A DNA stretch of 64,000 nucleotides from assembly GCF_009914755.1 (NCBI RefSeq), contig NC_060945.1. One strand, given 5' to 3'. This DNA is from the human T2T-CHM13v2.0 reference genome, Homo sapiens. The stretch's first letter is position 1, and every line of letters starts with the position of its first letter. Positions 29,793 through 41,054 of the stretch are shown here, one piece after another. A model generated the notes under the pieces. The model was not told the DNA's origin and searched no databases. It worked only from the letters and a program-made list of their open reading frames with translations. Made by a program: the position numbers and the translations under genes.

Positions 29793-30696
29793 CTTTGTGG
29801 TTTTATCTACTTTTGGTCTTTGATGATGGTGATGTACAGATGGGTTTTCGGTGTGGATGTCCTTTCTGCTTGTTAGTTTTCCTTCTAACAGACAGGACCC
29901 TCAGCTGCAGGTCTGTTGGAATACCCTGCCGTGTGAGGTGTCAGTGTGCCCCTGCTGGGGGGTGCCTCCCAGTTAGGCTGCTCGGGGGTCAGGGGTCAGG
30001 GACCCACTTGAGGAGGCAGTCTGCCCGTTCTCAGATCTCCAGCTGCGTGCTGGGAGAACCACTGCTCTCTTCAAAGCTGTCAGACAGGGACATTTAAGTC
30101 TGCAGAGGTTACTGCTGTCTTTTTGTTTGTCTGTGCCCTGCCCCCAGAGGTGGAGCCTACAGAGGCAGGCAGGCCTCGAGCTGTGGTGGGCTCCACCCAG
30201 TTCGAGCTTCCCGGCTGCTTTGTTTACCTAATCAAGCCTGGGCAATGGCGGGCTCCCCTCCCCCAGCCTCGCTGCCGCCTTGCAGTTTGATCTCAGACTG
30301 CTGTGCTAGCAATCAGCGAGACTCCGTGGGCGTAGGACCCTCCGAGCCAGGTGTGGGATATAGTCTCGTGGTGCGCCGTTTTTTAAGCCGGTCTGAAAAG
30401 CGCAATATTCGGGTGGGAGTGACCCGATTTTCCAGGTGCGTCCGTCACCCCTTTCTTTGACTCGGAAAGGGAACTCCCTGACCCCTGGCGCTTCCCAGGT
30501 GAGGCAATGCCTCGCCCTGCTTCGGCTCGCGCACGGTGCGCGCACCCACTGGCCTGCGCCCACTGTCTGGCACTCCCTAGTGAGATGAACCCGGTACCTC
30601 AGATGGCAATGCAGAAATCACCCGTCTTCTGTGTCGCTCACGCTGGGAGCTGTAGACCGGAGCTGTTCCTATTCGGCCATCTTGGCTCCTCCCCCC
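29793..30696 (-). promoter_or_regulatory. L1 5'UTR: CpG-rich sense promoter plus antisense promoter firing toward higher coordinates
   Basis: Intact YY1 site (cggccatcttg, 30674-30684); RUNX and SOX-like sites; many retained CpGs. Confidence 0.9.
30245..30460 (+). CDS. L1 ORF0, 71 aa, intact
   Basis: MAGSPPPASLPPCSLISDCC...RHPFL matches primate ORF0; splice donors after 30350 and 30435. Confidence 0.9.
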   Translation: MAGSPPPASLPPCSLISDCCASNQRDSVGVGPSEPGVGYSLVVRRFLSRSEKRNIRVGVTRFSRCVRHPFL

Positions 30697-32198
30697 CTCC
30701 ATTAATATTTTTATGAAAACTAAAAATTCAAAATGGAGGTCACCCTTTGGAATAATGAAGAAGATATAATGGGCCTCCTCACTGAATACAAATACAACAT
30801 ATTTAGAGTCACCTTTGTTGTTCCTTTATTTTCCTCAATCTTAACCACCACTGCTGCCTACTTTTATTGTTCCCACTGTAGAAAATGCTGAATATACTCC
30901 TTTATAATTAATTTCACAATAAATTTGAATGCACTTGACCTCTGCATGGCATTGACAAGAAAGATGCCCAATATAAAAACGGAGGGAAAACTATTCACAT
31001 CTGAGTTTTTCAGTCAACCCAGTCTCCTTATTTGTTCACCTTTTATTTCTACTCCCAGATTTCCAGTGTGCCTAGAAATGGTCTCCAAACTACTGCAGAG
31101 CTACCTCCCCACAAATACACTGAATCCATCAGAATGTATATTAATACCAATGAATAGTGCTCCATTGGAATTTCCTATTTTAAAAAACATATAAAAGAAC
31201 TCTCTTCTCTCTGTCTTCTCCACCACATTCCGTTTTTTGACTTGTTCACATTGAGCTAAACATATGGGTAACTGGGCCTCAGTAGGATCATTCCTTCTTA
31301 ATGTCAAATGGAAGCAGAAATGAATAAATTTAATATGGAACCAGGACCACCATTTTGTGTGACTGTAGTGATTTCCAACGAAATATTTCAATGCTCTTCA
31401 TTGCTGCTGAGATTTTCATAGCTTGGAGCTTTCTAGTCCCAATTTATCTCATGCATTTCTATTCCCTAGATTTTTTTTAAAGTAATATGAAGTATTTAAC
31501 CCTTTCCTGACCCACATCCCTTTCACCTCCCCATCTAAAATGAAAAAAAAAACCCCAGGAAACAGCCAGCTACAACAAACTCTGTTCTTTTTTATTATCG
31601 AAAACTATCTTACAATTTAGGCTTCCTGCTCTAATTCTATATGCACATTTCCAGCTTTCTGATTAATCTGCATTTGTGGATCAGCTGCCAGTGCCTGATA
31701 GCCCAAGTGCTGAAAAACTAACTGATTTTCCTTTTTCACTCCTACCTCTGTTTCAGTTGTATAACCAGTGCTCTCTTGCTCTCTCTCCCTCTCTCCCCTC
31801 TCCTCTCTCTCCCTCCCTTTCTACCCCATCTCTCTCTGGTCTTCTTTACCCCCACCTCCCATCCAACATTCTATCAATGGCTAAATGGTTAGTTCCAAAT
31901 ACATGATATCTCCCTAATGGATCTACCATTTTTATTCCCACTGGCAGGCCATGCCCCTGTCTGCTAGGCTAGTGCAGTAACCTCCCAATGGCTAGCTAGC
32001 CTGGAGTCCTCCTCAATCTCCTCAACTTCCATTCTGCTGCAAGTGTTAGGATTCTAAGAATGGTATAATCTCAAGCTTTTCCATAGATCCCCTGCTCCCC
32101 ATACCTACTGTATACAAAGCAACATCCAAATTCATTAACCTGGCACCAGAATCTCTCTAAATTCCTTTTTACTTAATCTGCCATCCTTGCCTTACATA

Positions 32199-32594
32199 TT
32201 GTAGTGGATTGATTTGGGTCCCCAGAAACGATATGTTCAAGTCCTACCCCACCAGGTACCATGTGACCTTATTTGGAAATAGGGTCTTTGCAGATGAAAT
32301 AAAGTTAAAATGAGGTCATACCTGAGGTGGGGCCTAAATCCAATGACTGGTATCTTTATAAGAGAAAGGGAGGCTGATTTGGAGGCAGAGATATGAAGGA
32401 GACCCAGGGAAGAAGGTTGTGTGATGGCAGAGGGAGAGATTGGACTAACGCATCTACAAGCAAGGGAAGATGCCAGAAAGGACCGTCCCCCAGAGGCTTC
32501 TAGCCTGCAGAACGGTAAGAAAATAAATTTCTATTGTTTAAATCACCCAGTCTTTGGTATTTTATTATGTTTATGACAGCCCTAGCAAACTAAT
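32199..32594 (+). mobile_element. MLT1C-like solo LTR
   Basis: 'atgtgaccttatttggaaatagggtctttgcagatg'; ends 'gcaaactaata'. Confidence 0.85.
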
Positions 32595-32597
32595 AAG

Positions 32598-32765
32598 CCA
32601 TATTTTAAAAAGGAAAAAGAAACAATTGGAATTAATTTTAGCAACATATTATTGGCCCAATATAGCCAATATATTATCATTTTAACATGTAGTCTATACA
32701 ACAACTATTAGTCAGATATTTTACATTCTGTTTCTGGTACTGTACAGAGTCTCCGAAATCCTTAG
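32598..32765. mobile_element. MER33/MER3-like hAT fragment
   Basis: 'aattaatttta...cccaatata...tattatcatttt aacatgta...gatattttacattc'. Confidence 0.65.
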
Positions 32766-33605
32766 GCACCTCCCAAATTCCCTTCCCTTCCCAAGACACT
32801 CAGCCTTGTCTCTCTGTTTCTCCCAAGTGTCCAACGTTTCAGGCACCCCAGTGAGTGAGATGGAGTCAGTGAGCAACAAAACTTAACATCGTGTCGACTT
32901 GTGTGGGATTACCTGTAATTTAATGTTTACTTTTTCTAGTAAAGGTTAAGCTCTACAAGGGCAAGAACCAAGTGTGATTATTTTACCAAAGGGGGCATTG
33001 ATATTTCTTGAATGCAAGAAATAATCATTAAATGAATGAATAAGCTTGATCTTTACAGCATCGGGCAAAACTGCATATTTGACAGATGGCCTGTATCACA
33101 TTGTAGCATAATAATGGCTTTTCCATAAATGAGTTTCTGAACTTTCCATTAGAACTTTAAAAACGAGGAAAGAGGATCTCAGGTTAAATTTTTTGGTATC
33201 TCTCTCAGTACCTCATGTCATCCAATATGCATAGTAGATGCTCAACAGACTATAAACAAAAAGTATTTGAAGATATGGATTGCAATATTTTTTGTCTATT
33301 TTCTCACCCATTTTGTTATTACAAATAGATGTGAGCAAAAATAAAAAAAAGAAGGGGAGAAAGAACGGGACTCCAAAATGAAATGGTGGCCACTTACTTC
33401 TTGATTTGAGTGGAATTTCTTCCAGACATTCAAATGGCACTTTAACTAAAATCAAAGCCTGTCAAATGTGACTGCAGATAATCCAGATTATTCCAGGTCT
33501 GTGCAGTGCTCACTACTTACATCTGACACCTTCAGACACTTTGTCCCCACTCCACCCAGCAAAAGGCCAGTAATTACAGACTACCTCCTACCTCCAAAAA
33601 GTTTG

Positions 33606-34440
33606 TCTTTTAAATTAATAGACTCTAATTTTTAAAAAACAGTTTTAGGTTTACAGAAAAATTGAGCAGAAACTGCAGACAGTTCCCAAAGACTCCCCCC
33701 TTGCCCCAAGTTTCTTTTTATTAACATCTTTTATCAGTGTGGTACATTTGATACTGATATTGATACACTACTATTAACTAAATTCCAGAGTTTACATTGG
33801 GAAGCCTCTTTGTGTCCTGTATTCTATGGGTTTTGACATATGCATGATGTCATGCATCCCCCGTGATGGAATAGTGTCACTGCCCTAAAATTCCCCTGTG
33901 CTGCATTTACTCACGCCTCCGTGTCTCCCTCCAAATCCCTGGCAACCAAGTATGCATTTATGCAACTATAAAAATGCAGGCTTTATGCAAAATACTATGT
34001 AACTACCTTCTAATTTAATATTGACTTTTCCCCGGGAAATCCAAAGTATTGGAGATTTATCATAAGTGATCTTTTCACTGTCTCTATAGTTTTGCCTTTT
34101 CCAGAGTGTCATACAGTTGGAATCATACAGTGTGTAGCCTTTTCAGATTGGCTGTTTTCACTTGGCAAGAAGCATTTAAGATTCCTCCATGTCTTTTGTG
34201 GCTTGATAGCTCTTATCTTTTTATTGATGAATAACATTCAATCCTATGGATTATTCCAATATATTTCATCACCTACTGAAAGACATCTTGGTTGCTACAC
34301 ATAAGGATGCTATAGACGTTTGTGTGCAGGGTTTTGTATGGACACAGGTTTTGAGCTCATTTGGGTAAACACCAAGGAGTATCCTTGGTGAGTCTCCTGG
34401 TAAAACTATGTTTAGTTCTGTAAGAAACTGTCAAACTGCA
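33606..34440 (-). mobile_element. L1MC1-like 3' end containing a 118-bp foreign insertion
   Basis: 'cagttttaggtttacagaaaaattgagcaga'; 'ccctggcaacca|...|tgatcttttcactgtctctatagttttgccttttccaga'. Confidence 0.85.
33949..34066 (-). repeat. Inverted partial copy (A) of the local 174-bp element
   Basis: Reverse complement matches 40891-41008 at 113/118 and 38617-38734 at 108/118 (manual alignment). Confidence 0.95.
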
Positions 34441-36747
34441 AAACGTGGTTTTGATTGCCATTATCATTTTGTCTCCTTTTTTTGGAATAATGATGTTTGA
34501 GAGTTAATCCAACCCAACTGGTCGTGTTATACCCACAAAAATAAAGGCTTCAGGGTAGAAGGAAGGGCAGGGGAAAGAGAAAGGAAGAAAGTGCATGTGA
34601 GAACATAAGCTTCTCAGGATTTTCAGCCAGTTTGTCAAGGGGGAGGGTTTCCTGTTTTTCTCCTCTGTGTTACAGACCAAACGTTGCTGGTCTCATCATC
34701 ACAGACAAATTAAAGCAGCTGCCAGCACTGCTGGGAAGTCCTAAACCCAGCAGGCAGCTTCTCAGTTGCAGAGACACCTTTTGACAAATTCGACTCCTCC
34801 AGGGCCTGTTTGGAGGGAATGTGTGAGCTGTTCAGCTCTTGGGGCACAGCACATAAACCAGCAACAAGCGTCTTCTCTGCATCGTGGTTGACATGCATTT
34901 AACCGGTGAATCTGAACCCACATCTGTTCATCCCCATAACACATGGAACATGCTATGATTGTCAATGCCAAAAACCTGAAGTTCCAAAAAGCAGCTCCTG
35001 AGAGTTCCTTTCCTAAACAGTCTGGGGCTAAACCCAAAGCATGTGTCCCTTGGTGAGAGAGGAGGAGTGGGCTATACTCTCAGATATGGGGCCATAATCT
35101 TAGAAACTTCCCTGCCTCCCACCTCCACCCTCAGCAGCCAACATTAAACAGGAATAACATCGGAAACCAAAGGAGCCACCCAGACAAAACACAATTTATA
35201 ATATTTTAATCACTACTGGGCTAGACAAATGTCTTCCAACACAAACTTCCCACACATCCTCCATTCCTTTTATTTTACTCCCACGAATCCATAAAGTTCC
35301 TCCATGGAGATATTGCAAAACCTTTGTGCAAACGGGATATAGCTTCCAGCTCTTTGTATGATTTCGTGGGAGCTTTGGTACAAAAGAGTGGTTTAGTATC
35401 TTGGAAAGTCTCCTTCCAAAGAGAAATGGGATGACATTGCACATTTAAGGTGTCAATCTAAGACTAATTTGCAAGTGACACCGCTGTACAGAGTATGTCA
35501 GTGCTAGAAGCGTAGGAACCTGGGTGGGATCTGCAGCTGGCTTCTGCTGAAGCAAAGTGTGTGTAAATTTGGAGAAAAAGCTCAGGGACTATGCATTTCA
35601 GTTCTCTCTTCTCTTGTGAAGGAACTGCCCTAAGTGTTCCTCTGAAGTGTATAATAAACTGAAAAATTTATTTACTTATTTTTATCAGTAGACGTCAAAA
35701 AGAAGCCTATCCTTTATATTAGAGTTAAAATTTGTACCTTTCTGTACCTGGAAAAATTCTCCTGATTTTTAAAACAGGTCTCCATACCTTTTATAAGCCA
35801 CAACAAGGCTTCTTTGGAGGCAAGCCACTGTCTGGTGGTCTCAGACAGAAAGAATTCTTGCAGTAAGCCAGGCAAGCAGTACATATCTAACAACATCTAT
35901 TCCTCCTCTTCTCCCTAACTTAATTTTTTTTTCTTTTTTCTTTTTTTTTGCCAGGAGCAAGTATCAAAGTATAGAGCCTTCAAAAGTGCTCTGGATTCCA
36001 TTACAAAGAAAATCATGAATAATGCATCCCCACCTCCTGCTTTTATTTAATCTCAATCAGTGAGAGCTAGAAGTGCATTACTGTGTCCAGCTGCATCCCT
36101 GGCTCCGGAGGCTGGAACCTGGGGCTGAGGGACCCACAGCCCCACAGGTGCTGTGCACCGCAGAGCCAGTTAACCAGCAATCCTGCTCAAGCCCCGGGAG
36201 ACTGTAGCACCAAGGGCTCAACCCTTCCGGATGTCTGGCTTGCCATGGATGGTTCCTATACCTAGGGAGCTGCAGAACCTACTTTGAAACTGACACAGCC
36301 TGTGTATCCCGGGGTTACATCTCCCTTTCTCTGTTTTAATAAAGCTGTATTCCTAATAAAAGGAACAAACAGCCTATCCCACATGCTGAAAGATCATGAC
36401 GAGAAGTCTGCCCAGTCTGTTATGATTCGATGTCCCATAAGCTAAGTCCCTCTGCACTCGTGCACATTGAGCACGAAATATAGGCAAATTGTTATTTCTG
36501 TCCATCAAGAGCAAATTATGATGATAGCTGGCTTTTGAATGTTAGAAACTATAGTGTTTTTCATTTCTGGGAGCACATCTTGTGTGTCACTATGTGCTAT
36601 GCCTTTATGTTAAATAACATGTTTATGCTGGGATACAAAACAGTACGATGGCCACATAAAAAAGACTTCATAAGGTACATACATATGTCATATATCAACA
36701 TATTTTAATTAGTGTAAGTTCAACATATAGAAAAAACAGCTACTCTT

Positions 36748-37058
36748 GGCTGGATGTGGTGACTGACTCCTGTAATCCCAGCACTTCAGGAGGCCAAGGC
36801 GGGTGGATCGCTTGAGCGTAGGGGTTCGAGACCAGCCTGGGCAACATGACGAAACCCCCTCTCTATAAAAACAATTAGCCAGGTGTGGTGGTACACGCTT
36901 GTAGTCCCAGCCACTCTGGAAGCTGAAGAGAAAGGATCATTTAAGCCCAGAAGGTCAAGGCTGCAGTGAGCCAAGATCACACCACTGCACTCCAGCCTGG
37001 GCCCCAGAGTGAGACCCTGTCTCAAAATTAAATAATTAATAAATAAAATAAACAAAAA
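36748..37058 (+). mobile_element. AluJb-like SINE
   Basis: Dimeric Alu; TSD aaacagctact on both sides. Confidence 0.92.
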
Positions 37059-38060
37059 GAAACAGCTACTTTTTGTAATTTGGAATCAGAAGTTTTATAT
37101 AAGATAACACTTTTGAAATAATCAGGAATGTAAATTTATGTAAATTTAGCTGGGACTCTGTGTTAACATCTTTTTCGTTGTGCCTATTTTTCATGTTTTG
37201 CCATGCTAACATTTGCTATGTGCCCACACACACACGTGCAATTCTTTTCTACTCTATTAGCCTCTGGTTCTGTATGTTTCCATCATTAACTGAAGCATTT
37301 GCAGAACGAAATGGAGGTTTAGCACTTTGAGAGTTGTTTTATTTTTACAACCTTGGCAAAGCAAGTGTCATTGATTAAATGTCTGAATTCCAGGAGAGAG
37401 AAACTTGGCAGATTTTTGCTAGGATGTTGGACTGGTCCCAACCAAAGTAGAGATTGCAAGCGATGGTTCTTATTTTAATGTATGCTAATAGATATCCTGT
37501 GGCTTGTCATTGGGTCTCCAAGGGAAAAACAAAAAGAGTATGTGGTGTATTGGGGAGAAGGATAATAGTCTCTGCGTATAGGGTGGAGGGAGGAGGCATC
37601 CTGAAGATGAGCAACTGCTTCATTCATTTTTATCTCTTAGAGTAACATGTGCCTGTGTCAGTCCTTAATAACTCTTGTTCCAGAGTGTCCCCAAATCATT
37701 ATTCACTTGTTTCACTAGTTTTGGTGAAAAATGATGGATCAAGGCTTCATCCTAGCTTGAGATCATTTTTGGATGCTTTTGCTGTTTTGACACCGGTATG
37801 TACAGCTGGATCCAAGGAGATACCACCCTTATATAGTTTCACTGCAGCCCACACTTGGTTTTGATTAATTTATTAACCCAAGATGCCCCTGGGGAGAGGG
37901 GGGTTACGGGAAACACCTTGAATTCTTTTGTTTTAACATTTCAGCATTGCTATTCATAGAAACTACCAAGCCTTTAAATCCCCTATCTGTTCTTGCCAGC
38001 AAAGTAAAATATGTTTTTAAGTGTTTGAAAACAAGGGAGAGTAAATGTGTTTTAAATGTA

Positions 38061-38061
<1 letters not shown>

Positions 38062-38096
<35 letters not shown>
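38062..38096. repeat. (CA)n microsatellite
   Basis: Seen directly. Confidence 0.95.
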
Positions 38097-38098
<2 letters not shown>

Positions 38099-38606
38099 TT
38101 GCCCATTATTGTTCCTGGTCACTTCTTACATCCAGAGGCTGAGAACTTAGACCTGCCCTCTGACCTCCTAAATTATCAGAGGTGAAACTCCCTTTTAAGC
38201 AAGATCTATATCTTGGAGAGTTTCCTCTCCCTCCTTGCATTCCCCAGGCCCATCTTTTCTACAAAGTGCTAGAGTGTCAGTTTTATGGGATGTTGAAACC
38301 TTCCCAGTATAAATTCTACCCGCATTATTCTTTTCAGGAAGGCTCTACAAACATTTAATAATAAAAGTGAAGTGGGTGCGACTCTTAGTTAATAAATACC
38401 TCATCTTGTGGGAAACATGAAGCCTTGAGCATAAAACCAGAGCTATCTTTTCATCTGGGCCTGTCCATCATCACAGTGCCCAAGTGCTTAATTTAAACTG
38501 CCACTTCGCCAAAAACCCAACTGGGCAGAGGATGCACTGTTCATGCCAACCACCGTAAGGCCAAATTATTCTATTTCTAGCAACAATCACCTTCCTCAGG
38601 AATCTA

Positions 38607-38780
38607 TAATTTTCAGCTTATGATAAACCTTCAATACTTTGGATTTCCCGGGGGAAAGTCAATATTAAATTAGAAGGTAATTATATAGCATTTTGCATAC
38701 AGGCTACATTTTTATAGTTACATAAATGCATACTTTATTCAAAGAGGTGTTAACCATATGTGTCCCAATTCAGTTTCTAA
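38607..38780 (+). repeat. Copy B of the local 174-bp element
   Basis: 159/174 identical and ungapped to 40881-41054. Confidence 0.95.
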
Positions 38781-40569
38781 CAAATTTCCTTTCACAAAAA
38801 AGATAAGAACTTATAATGGTCACGTAATACAGATAGGTTGTTTTAAGAGGTATGAGAAATTAAGTTGAACATCTTCTGGATATGTGCCTGATTTTGTTTG
38901 CCCAAGTCTTACCCTTTGAGCAGATGATGCAAACTATATATTAGTGACTTAGGAAATAATAGTATTTTATTATAAAATTAATAATTGGTCAGAAAGGAAA
39001 CATCTGCCAATATCATTCTCCTTCAATGTCCTTCAATTCTGAAAAAATAACTCAGATGACATTTTTATTAATACTTAAAAACTGATACTTAAAAAATTCT
39101 TAAAAAAACATAATTACAGTCTGAAATATAATAGATTCTCAAAGAAAAGTACACATTCTCCTTTCCTCTTCATTTAGCATCTGTTGTTGGCCAAACAACA
39201 GATGACGCCTTGCCTTCAGGGTAAAAATCTAATTTGCATGTAGGCGCTTGAATGAAATTAAGCTCCACAAGGTGTGAATAACAAGGGGTGGCCTGCTCTA
39301 GTGACAACAGGCAGCTCTTCTCAAACAAGGACGTTGAAAGCTTGTTAGTGCTAACTGAACTACTTTGCAGCGTATATCCCCATCTGGAGGCCGACATCAA
39401 ATTTGAGAGTCACAAAGAAACACAAAGGTCATTGTGGCAAACCAGGGCCGTGGCATTGCACAATTCTAGCCAGAGGCCAGACTCCTCAAAGTCTAGATGA
39501 ATGGTGCCCCCTGGAGCTGTGCAGTGCACAACGTGTGCATCTGGATAGGTCAGTCCTGAGGCCAGCCGACTCATTTTATAAGGCAAGAAACTGCAGCCCA
39601 AAGAATATATATGCCTGGTTGGAAGTTAAGCAATGAGGCACATTTCAACTCAATATGAAGAAAACATTTTTGAAACAGGAAGCTGTCAAAGATGATGTTG
39701 GTTGACTCAGGAGGTAGTGAGGACCAGTTACAGGACATTTGCAAGCCTAGGCTGCTCTACCATCTGGTATGGACTTTCAGAGGGGGCTTGAAATTAAGGT
39801 GTGGGTAGGGGCTGGCCTCCATAGCTGTTAAGGTTTTTCCCAACCCTCAACTAAGGAATCCATTGTTCAAACACAAGTCTTCAGGCTACTGAGCACCAAT
39901 CAAGGTATGGGGACCCTGAAAGGCAATAGAAATCAAAAGATCTATTTTGAGAGGGCTCTAACTTAACAACAGGAGGCAGCAACATTAGTGACTTTCTCAG
40001 CTGCTACAAAAAGTAAACCATCGTCAGACACAATTTTCCCATTCTCCCCCCTGCACTTGCGTCATACCCAACTTCCCCTTCCCCTCAACACTGCAGAACT
40101 TACTGATAACTAAGCCATGTCTACCCCTCTAGGAGTAGTTCAAGAGTCCTGGTAAAGACCTAACAGGAAGTAGAAATTACATATGAGCAGCATGTGTGTG
40201 TGCATGTGTATGTGCACATGCATGTGTGTGGTATGTATGTACACGTGTGTGTGTGTGCATGCACACACTGCATGGGTGTATTTCCTTAAGCCTGCTTTAC
40301 AAAATCAAAAAGTACTTCCAGCATCCATATTAAGGCTGTCTCCAGCACTGCATGCCATTGACATGCTGTAAGTCACATAGAGGATGAAACCAGGGTTGGG
40401 CAGTCAAGAAGGGGCATTTGTAAGGGCTGGTGGCATGACGGCTCCCATCTGTTCTCTCACTTTCTTCAGAAGTGAAAAATTAGCCCTGGATGGTGTTTTA
40501 TGAGATACTGAAACTAGAATTCCCTTAACCGCATTCATAAAACTCAAAAGGCAGGGTAGCAATTAGAAA

Positions 40570-40790
40570 GGTCATGGTTTTTTGGATCTTCAGTCCTGAG
40601 TTCCAATCCAACCTCTGCCACCTTGTACTGTGAAACATCGCCGAGTCCAATTAAAGTTTCTGAGCATGGATTTCCTCATCGATAGAACAGAGAAAATACC
40701 TTCTGCTGCACAGGGTTGTTGTGAGAATGAATGAGATAACACAAAAGAAACTGTGCCTGGTACCTTAGAAAGACACAGATGCAGGTGGTC
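40570..40790 (+). mobile_element. MIR
   Basis: 'cctgagttccaatcc...tttcctcatc...cagggttgttgtgagaatgaatgagataa'. Confidence 0.8.
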
Positions 40791-40880
40791 ATATTTCAAA
40801 CCCACAATTCCTTCCTCCTGATGTCAAAGCAAACATGAGCAGAAAGAGTTGTACATGAAGAGGCATGGCTCTCTCTTTAG

Positions 40881-41054
40881 TAATTTTCAGCTTATGATAA
40901 ATCTCCAATACTTTGGATTTCCCGGGGAAAAGTCCATATTAAATTAGAAGGTAGTTACCTGGCATTCTGCATAAAGCCTGCATTTTTATAGTTGCATAAA
41001 TGCATACTTTATTCGAAGAGGTATTAACCATATGTGTCCCAATTCAGTTTCTAA
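40881..41054 (+). repeat. Copy C of the local 174-bp element
   Basis: See copies A and B. Confidence 0.95.

Noticed and set aside
38607-41054. The 174-bp element as a snoRNA, MITE or CRISPR-like repeat
   Set aside because: It has only a weak C-box-like ATGATAA with no terminal D box or stem, no TIRs or TSDs, and irregular kb-scale spacing in eukaryotic DNA.
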